Source of the DNA: an uncultured bacterium
GTDB taxonomy: Bacteria; CSSED10-310; CAZUFC01
Direction: 5' to 3'
Length of the DNA stretch: 11,304 nucleotides
Assembly: GCA_964619725.1 (NCBI GenBank)
Contig: CAZUFC010000199.1
Location: 1-11,304 of the forward strand
In this document: positions 1 through 5,799 of the stretch, piece by piece
Layout of the letters: each line of letters opens with the position of its first letter
Numbering within the stretch: position 1 is the stretch's first letter
Made by a program: the position numbers and the translations under genes
The notes under the pieces: generated by a model
Seen by the model: the letters and a program-made list of their open reading frames with translations, nothing else
Databases searched by the model: none
Told to the model about the DNA's origin: nothing

Positions 1-264
1 TTCCGTTTCGGCGGCTTTAATAAAGTAAGGGGAGGCATAGCTGTTCGGAAATAACCCGAATCAATTCAGCACAAATTGTTACCTCGAAATGTGCGCTTTT
101 GATCAATGCCTAAGTTATAATGCACATCGCTGAAAAGCTTGGACAGAAACAGGTGATTGGTCGACACGCGAGAAGAATAACATCCGATACGCTAATGTCT
201 ATGCTTTCGACTTAAGCGGCCGGCATCGACACAAGCGTATTCGCTTTTTTTCCGATCTAACTCA

Positions 265-361
265 CAACCGCGAATAGCACGGATCATACGAATAACAGGG
301 TCGTCATGAGCGTGAATGGCAGATTGTTATGCTTTTCCGTGGTATGGATTGCCGTTGAAGC
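265..361 (+). repeat. Dispersed intergenic repeat, copy 1
   Basis: caaccgcgaatagcacggatcatacgaataacagggtcgtcatga matches 8683-8727 at 40/45 nt; weaker similarity continues to atggattgccgttgaagc. Confidence 0.85.
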
Positions 362-370
362 ATAAGAAGT

Positions 371-2047
371 CTATTCAACCCGGGAATCCCGTTTCCCGCG
401 AAAATCCATGATCATTTCATTCATAGCGGGCGGTTCTTCTCTTTTTTTCTTGAGTTCGCCGGGTTTTATCCTGGGCGGAAAAGAAAAGGCCAGGGTTGTG
501 TTTTCAAGTATTTCATGACGATTGAATATTTTTCTTTCAATCGTTTCGACGGTTTTGAGGTTTTCTTTAACCCAGTCAGGAGCATAACCCTGTTCGACGG
601 CTCTTTTGAACATGCCGCGTCCGATGTTTTCGGCACGGTCGTATATGCCGGCAATGTCGTGCGCCGGGATTTTCAATTCATATTTATGGGCCGGCCTGTC
701 CTGTTCAACCTCCATCCTTGCTAAGAAGGCGTCGGTCAATCCCAGGCTGTGAACGACCCTTTTGTATAAATTCCTGTAGTGAAACGCGCACAAAGAATCG
801 GCCATCGTGCTGCTTTTTCCGTAAGGTTTTTCGCTTTCGGACTCAAGCCGCTTCGATTCCTTCCGATGCTCCTGTTCGATGCGGTCCCACTCTTTCGATG
901 ATAAATATTCTTTCAAATTCTGCCTGGCGTATTCCGCGTCTGTGATCCGGTTTTTGAATTTCACATAAATCCCGCTTTTAACGGGATGCTTGTCCAACTG
1001 CCCGGGATAAAAGGAAAAACTTATCAGGGCAATAATGATGCCTGTTGCAGGAGCAGCCCATTTGTGCTTTTCAGGTAAAAAAACTGCGAATAAATGTTCT
1101 GGTATTGCGCCGAAACTGCATATTATCAGGGTGAAGGGGAATGCGAGATAAACGAAATGGACGTGCGCTCCCCCTATTTTCACTGCGTAAGCGATTACGG
1201 GCAATGCCGTCAATAATAGCATCGCTCTTTCCGGAAGCCGGGTCGATTGTCGCCGCAGATGAAGTAGCATTAGTGCTCCGGTCATAATCAAAAGGATCAG
1301 GTAAATGTGATAAGCGCCGAACGTATCATGCAGGTAATAAAAGCCCTGCTTTATATTCACCATGTCTTTCAGGTAAAAAGTGTTCGGCAGCAGTTCCGCG
1401 TAATAATATATCCGGAAGCCCATCCATCCCGTCAAAACGACAACGGCTGTCCCGATCATCAGCCAGGGTGTTTTTTTCCTTTTGAAATAGCTCCAGGCGA
1501 CTGCGATCAGCAAGGGCAGGAGCAATTCATGGCGAACCAGCGGCGACAGGGCAAGTATAATGCAAAGAAGCCGGGAACCGGGCAGAAATATAAAAAGGGC
1601 ATAAGCTGCAGCGCAGAATTGAACCATGGGCGTTTCCAGGCCTGATGAAAAATAGGAGAGCGCTCCGTAGTTGACGGCGAGAAAGGCAAGAGGCAAATTT
1701 ACGACAGAAGTTCCCGGCGGAGCCATTTTTCTGTTCAAACGGATGATTAAAAAGCAATAAGCCGTAAAGAAAACGACCGACGACAATTTTATTATGAACA
1801 GGTAATCCGGCAGGAATATCCTCAATAATGCAATCGTCGACATCCATAAAGGACTGGAGAATCCTTCGACATATTCGCCCGCATTGTATACCAGCCCCAG
1901 TCCGCGGACGATCAGGTTATCCGCGTATCGAAAGTAGACGAACGCGTCGTCCATCAGCCAGAAATATCGAAAAAGCAGGTATAATCCTGCTGAGATATAG
2001 AGACATTCTACGGGAGCAGGATATTTTTTTTTGTCGAATAACGTCAT
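371..2047 (-). CDS. GT-C fold polytopic membrane glycosyltransferase, AftB (arabinofuranosyltransferase)-like
   Basis: 558 aa with many hydrophobic helices and a soluble C-terminal part. Motifs WLMDDAFVYFRYADNL..GLGLVYNAGEYVEGFSSPLW, FSSGLET, LVRHE, FRIYYYAELLPNTFYLK and GLTDAFLAR..RPAH occur in the order typical of AftB-like proteins. No clear Shine-Dalgarno, so the start is uncertain. Confidence 0.8.
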   Translation of the reverse strand: MTLFDKKKYPAPVECLYISAGLYLLFRYFWLMDDAFVYFRYADNLIVRGLGLVYNAGEYVEGFSSPLWMSTIALLRIFLPDYLFIIKLSSVVFFTAYCFLIIRLNRKMAPPGTSVVNLPLAFLAVNYGALSYFSSGLETPMVQFCAAAYALFIFLPGSRLLCIILALSPLVRHELLLPLLIAVAWSYFKRKKTPWLMIGTAVVVLTGWMGFRIYYYAELLPNTFYLKDMVNIKQGFYYLHDTFGAYHIYLILLIMTGALMLLHLRRQSTRLPERAMLLLTALPVIAYAVKIGGAHVHFVYLAFPFTLIICSFGAIPEHLFAVFLPEKHKWAAPATGIIIALISFSFYPGQLDKHPVKSGIYVKFKNRITDAEYARQNLKEYLSSKEWDRIEQEHRKESKRLESESEKPYGKSSTMADSLCAFHYRNLYKRVVHSLGLTDAFLARMEVEQDRPAHKYELKIPAHDIAGIYDRAENIGRGMFKRAVEQGYAPDWVKENLKTVETIERKIFNRHEILENTTLAFSFPPRIKPGELKKKREEPPAMNEMIMDFRGKRDSRVE

Positions 2048-2847
2048 CGTCGGTGCATGAACAGTAAAAAATGAAAGTTCAGGACTCTTGATAAGGCGTC
2101 CCTAACCTATTGAAATAATTTGTTTTATTGCATTGCAGCAAGGCAAAATTTTGTGCAGGTTTTAGCTTCCCTGCATCCCCACGCAAGCGGTGGGACTTTG
2201 TTTTACTTGACGTTTTTTGTTCGATTGTCGTTTTTGGGTCAAACATTTCACAGTTTTTTTCAGTCAATGTCAGTAGATGTGAAGTTCGGCATTGATCGAA
2301 AGAGCATCTTTCGAGGTTGCGTTTGTGTAGAATATTCAACCATTTATGATGGACTTTCAACAAATGATGTGCGGACAGAGGGTTATAAGAAAAATACGCC
2401 CCCGATCCGCTAATGCTGAGTCTTCGCCTGCGTCTCGCCTCAGCACAAGCGTATCTTTCCCCCCTTTGGCTAAGGAGGATTTCAGGCAGCAGATATAGGG
2501 TTTGAAAAAGTGTTGCCTTCATTTTATCAGTCTCGAAAGTTGTTATCCGAATTCATTAGAAACCCTGATGAAAACTAACGCCGCATTTTAGATTAGAAAA
2601 CCGGGAAGCAAAAATCAACGTTAAAGACTGAAAAGTTGTGAATCCGGGAGATCAGGAGAATTATAAACTTTCGGAGAAGCCTTTAATGACGGTGGTTGAA
2701 GTGAAATTACGGATCATGCTGCCGTGCGTGAAGGGCGGTATATTGGATTTTCAGGAGTTGTCTAAGATTAAATGCTGGATGGCGGATAACACCCAATTTG
2801 GTGAGCGGCTTGTCAGAAAACTTGCGGAATAAACCTGATAATCGCTG

Positions 2848-2860
2848 GGGATAAAATCCC
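2848..2860. terminator. Weak hairpin immediately after the bCerS-like stop codon
   Basis: GGGAT-AAA-ATCCC lies 3 nt past the stop at 2864, between two convergent ORFs. The stem is short and there is no good U-tract. Confidence 0.25.
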
Positions 2861-2863
2861 GGA

Positions 2864-4012
2864 TTAAATTTCCTTTTCATAAATACGATATAACTTGTGA
2901 TGTTTCGCTCCGACATGCTCGGCCAGCGCATTCATCCTTTCGTTATCTTCCAGAATCCACGTCAATTCGCCTTTTTCATAGCCGTAACCGGTCCCTCTCC
3001 GGTAGGTTTCGACGATCATCGCTGTTCCGACACCCTTGTTCTGGTATTGCTTTGCTATTCCCAGCGCGTAAGCCCGGACACTCTTGATCCGCTTCTTGTA
3101 ATAGATTAATTTAAAAATTCCCGTGGGGAAAAGGCGGCCGTTCATTTTTTCCAGCGCCTCATTCAGATTAGGCAGATTAATCAGCACGCCCACCGGATCG
3201 CCTTTTACCTCAGCGATCAGCACCATCCGCGGATCGACGATCAATTTCAACTCACTCACCATTTTTTTCACCTGAGCTTCGGTAAACGGGACATAACCCC
3301 AGTTATCGGAAAGCGCCTCATTGAAAATGTTCCTTATGATTTCAGCCTCACGTTCTACTTCAGACAGATCGGCATGCCTTATGCTGAATCCCTCGATATT
3401 CTGAGCCGCATTCGATTTTTCCTCGAACTCACTGGGCAAACCCCATTCTTTAATCATCTCGTAAGCATTAAGGTCCTGCGCTTTCTGAAAATTAAGTTCG
3501 CCGAGCAACTGATCATAGTAAGGCTTTGTGTAACTCATTAAGAAATAAGGTTTTCTGTCATGTCCTTTAACCAGGACCCCCACGTAAGGGTCCTCCAGAG
3601 TAAAACTGCAAGGACCTCTGACTTTATCGCATCCTCTGTTTTGCAGCCATTCTGAGGCTGCATCGATGAGGAGTCCGGCTGTTTTGGGATTATCTTCGCA
3701 TTCAAAGAAGCCGAAAAAACCTGTTTTATCGCCTGATGTTCTGTTGTGCAGGGTATCCACGGAAGCGCTGATGCGGCCTACCGAGCGTCCGTTTCTTTCG
3801 GCTATGAAAAGTTCGGCATCGCCGTGTTTGAAAAAGGAATTTTTCTTGCGGTTTAAGCGGCTTTTGATGTCGAGTATAAGCGGCGGCACCCAATTGCGAT
3901 CATTTTTGTAATGTTTCCAGGGAAAATGGATGAAGCGATACAGGTCCACGAAACCGTTTATGGGTTTAACCGATACGGAATTCAGGGCCTTTGATTTGCC
4001 GTTCGTTTTCAT
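2864..4012 (-). CDS. GNAT-fold N-acyltransferase, YghO / bacterial ceramide synthase (bCerS)-like
   Basis: Motifs FPWKHY..DRNWVPPL, GRISA, GFFGFFE, VRGP, YTKPYY, DNWGYVP, LPNLN, GRLFPTG, YQNKGVG (acyl-CoA-binding motif A), ELTWILEDN and K.YRIY. Likely start is ATG at 4012 (AGGGA just upstream) or ATG at 4027 (ATGA overlap with the upstream stop). The ORF-track start at 4042 is probably too long. Confidence 0.8.
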   Translation of the reverse strand: MKTNGKSKALNSVSVKPINGFVDLYRFIHFPWKHYKNDRNWVPPLILDIKSRLNRKKNSFFKHGDAELFIAERNGRSVGRISASVDTLHNRTSGDKTGFFGFFECEDNPKTAGLLIDAASEWLQNRGCDKVRGPCSFTLEDPYVGVLVKGHDRKPYFLMSYTKPYYDQLLGELNFQKAQDLNAYEMIKEWGLPSEFEEKSNAAQNIEGFSIRHADLSEVEREAEIIRNIFNEALSDNWGYVPFTEAQVKKMVSELKLIVDPRMVLIAEVKGDPVGVLINLPNLNEALEKMNGRLFPTGIFKLIYYKKRIKSVRAYALGIAKQYQNKGVGTAMIVETYRRGTGYGYEKGELTWILEDNERMNALAEHVGAKHHKLYRIYEKEI

Positions 4013-4023
4013 GTTAATCCCTG

Positions 4024-5268
4024 TCATTTGATTATGCCGCATGCTTTGCCGACTTTAGCGAATACTTGGAGCGCTTTATCGAGATGCTGCTTTTCATGAG
4101 TAGCCATGCAACTGGTGCGCAGCATGGCGCGATTCTTGGGAACGGCCGGATAGAGGACTGAATTGGTGTAAACGCCGTGCTGGAACAAGGTTTTCCATAT
4201 ACCTAAGGTCAGTGATTCTTCTCCGATGACGACCGGGATGACCGGCGTGTTGGAATTTCCGGTGTCGAACCCCAATTCCTGCAGCCCCTTTTTGAAATAA
4301 CGACCGTTTTCGTTAAGCTTTTCAACCCTTTCCGGTTCACGCCGCAGGATTTTCAACGCAGTTCTGACGACTTGAACATTGACCGGAGGCAAAGCGGCCG
4401 AAAAGATCATGGAATGAGCAAAATGTTTTATGTAGTCGATGACTTTGGTTTCACCCGCTGCGAATCCTCCGATGGAAGCAAAGGATTTGCTGAAGGTCCC
4501 CATAATAATATCGACATGATCGGTTACGCCGAAATGGTTTGCTGTGCCGCGACCTCCTTCGCCCAATATTCCCAGGCTGTGAGCATCATCAATCATGAAA
4601 CGGGCTTTATGCCCTCTGATAACCGGCAGGATGGACGGAACGTCAGCTATATCGCCTTCCATGCTGTATACGCCGTCAACTATAACCAGTTTGCTCGATT
4701 CCTCCGGCAACCCGGAAAGCTTTTCGTCCAAATCTGAAGCCGAATTATGGTCAAACTTCACCACCTTCGCTCCCGATAATGAAATTCCGTCTCTGATACT
4801 CGTATGATCATACTTGTCGATTACTGCATAATCTTCCTCCGACAAAAGCGCGGACAAAATTCCCAGATTCGTCTGGAAACCCGTGCTGAATACCAGAGCG
4901 CAAGGCTTACCGGTAAATTCCGCCAATTCTTCCTCCAGCTTCTCATGCAATCGAAAGGTACCGTTTAAAAAGCGGCTTCCGCTGCTGCTCGTTCCGTAAC
5001 GGTTTATCGCCTTGCCGGCCGCTTCCTTTACCTCAGGGTCCGTGGTTAGTCCCAGGTAATTGTTGGACCCCATCATGAGCACCCGCGTTCCGTCTATTAC
5101 CGCGGTGGGACCTTCCGTTTCATCAACAGGACAAAAATATGGGTAATAACCCGAACGCCTGACATCGTCAGCCGTCTCAAATTCATAACACTTTATAAAT
5201 ATATCGCCCTGACGCTCTCTGCGTTTCTGAAAACGCCTGTGCAAAACTTCCGTCTGTATCGTTTCCAT
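4024..5268 (-). CDS. spt: PLP-dependent alpha-oxoamine synthase, most likely serine palmitoyltransferase
   Basis: 414 aa with GYYPYF, GSNNYLGLT, GSRFLNGT, STGFQTNLG, DGVYSMEGD, DDAHSLG and GTFSKSF (PLP lysine). GAGGAGG Shine-Dalgarno 10 nt upstream. The family call is secure; Spt specificity is inferred from the YPYF and GSRFLNGT motifs and the bCerS-like neighbour. Confidence 0.8.
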   Translation of the reverse strand: METIQTEVLHRRFQKRRERQGDIFIKCYEFETADDVRRSGYYPYFCPVDETEGPTAVIDGTRVLMMGSNNYLGLTTDPEVKEAAGKAINRYGTSSSGSRFLNGTFRLHEKLEEELAEFTGKPCALVFSTGFQTNLGILSALLSEEDYAVIDKYDHTSIRDGISLSGAKVVKFDHNSASDLDEKLSGLPEESSKLVIVDGVYSMEGDIADVPSILPVIRGHKARFMIDDAHSLGILGEGGRGTANHFGVTDHVDIIMGTFSKSFASIGGFAAGETKVIDYIKHFAHSMIFSAALPPVNVQVVRTALKILRREPERVEKLNENGRYFKKGLQELGFDTGNSNTPVIPVVIGEESLTLGIWKTLFQHGVYTNSVLYPAVPKNRAMLRTSCMATHEKQHLDKALQVFAKVGKACGIIK

Positions 5269-5278
5269 TTTTCATTTT

Positions 5279-5285
5279 CCTCCTC
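5279..5285 (-). promoter_or_regulatory. Shine-Dalgarno sequence of the spt-like gene
   Basis: GAGGAGG on the minus strand, 10 nt before the ATG at 5268. Confidence 0.7.
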
Positions 5286-5677
5286 ATAAACTGAAAAAGC
5301 GTCCTCAATACTGCAAAAAACATACCTTGATCTAAGCAACTGAAAATAGTAAGCAGAAACGCCGTCAATGACTGAAAAACAATACTACGGAAAATGGTAA
5401 AAAGAGGGCATATGCGCGGGATGCATAATGAACTTCGCATAAGTGTTACATTCAAGTGGCGCCTCATCGCTGCCGATGTTCCTGTAAAAGCTGATTCAAT
5501 ATTGCCGGCGGCGAATTTCGCGATTAGTCCGGATTTATCATACAAAACCTTTTACGAACGTCCATATCCCCGCACATTCAATCGCTGCTCCCTTCGAATT
5601 TGTTCAACATAGCGCTGCTGTGTTTCCGCGGTCCTCCAGTCCGCCAGGCTTGAAACTGCGGGAATTTGCCCGCTTTC

Positions 5678-5702
5678 GTCTGAATTGACGTCAAGTTCAG
5701 AC
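5678..5702. promoter_or_regulatory. Near-perfect 25-bp palindrome (possible operator or hairpin)
   Basis: GTCTGAA-TTGACGTCAA-G-TTCAGAC: a perfect 10-bp core plus 7-bp arms with one extra G. The sequence is seen directly; the function is unknown. Confidence 0.4.
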
Positions 5703-5799
5703 TCGACAACGACAACGATCACGCCGGCGAATACATTTTTAACGTTTTTGGCTTGAAAAACAATGATCTGCTTCTATTATCCCAAGGGTCAGAGCACGA

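Noticed and set aside
1-39. Possible start of a minus-strand gene (MPPLTLLKPPKR...) leaving the window
   Set aside because: Only 13 codons are visible and there is no Shine-Dalgarno, so it cannot be supported.
233-251. AAGCG-TATT-CGCTT hairpin with a T-run as a terminator
   Set aside because: Weak stem, and the T-tract is on the plus strand where no gene is evident.
2079-2522. 147-aa minus-strand ORF between the bCerS-like and GT-C genes
   Set aside because: No recognisable motif or Shine-Dalgarno, atypical composition, and it runs through several hairpin elements; probably spurious.
4024-5268. Annotation as BioF (8-amino-7-oxononanoate synthase) or Kbl
   Set aside because: Same family, but there are no bio or tdh neighbours, and the YPYF/GSRFLNGT motifs and the coupled bCerS-like gene favour Spt. 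Not fully excluded without a phylogeny.
5183-5612. Short ORFs of 120 aa (minus) and 72 aa (plus) upstream of spt, considered as a possible ACP or accessory gene
   Set aside because: No ACP-type DSL motif or acidic composition; the longer one overlaps the spt start out of frame.
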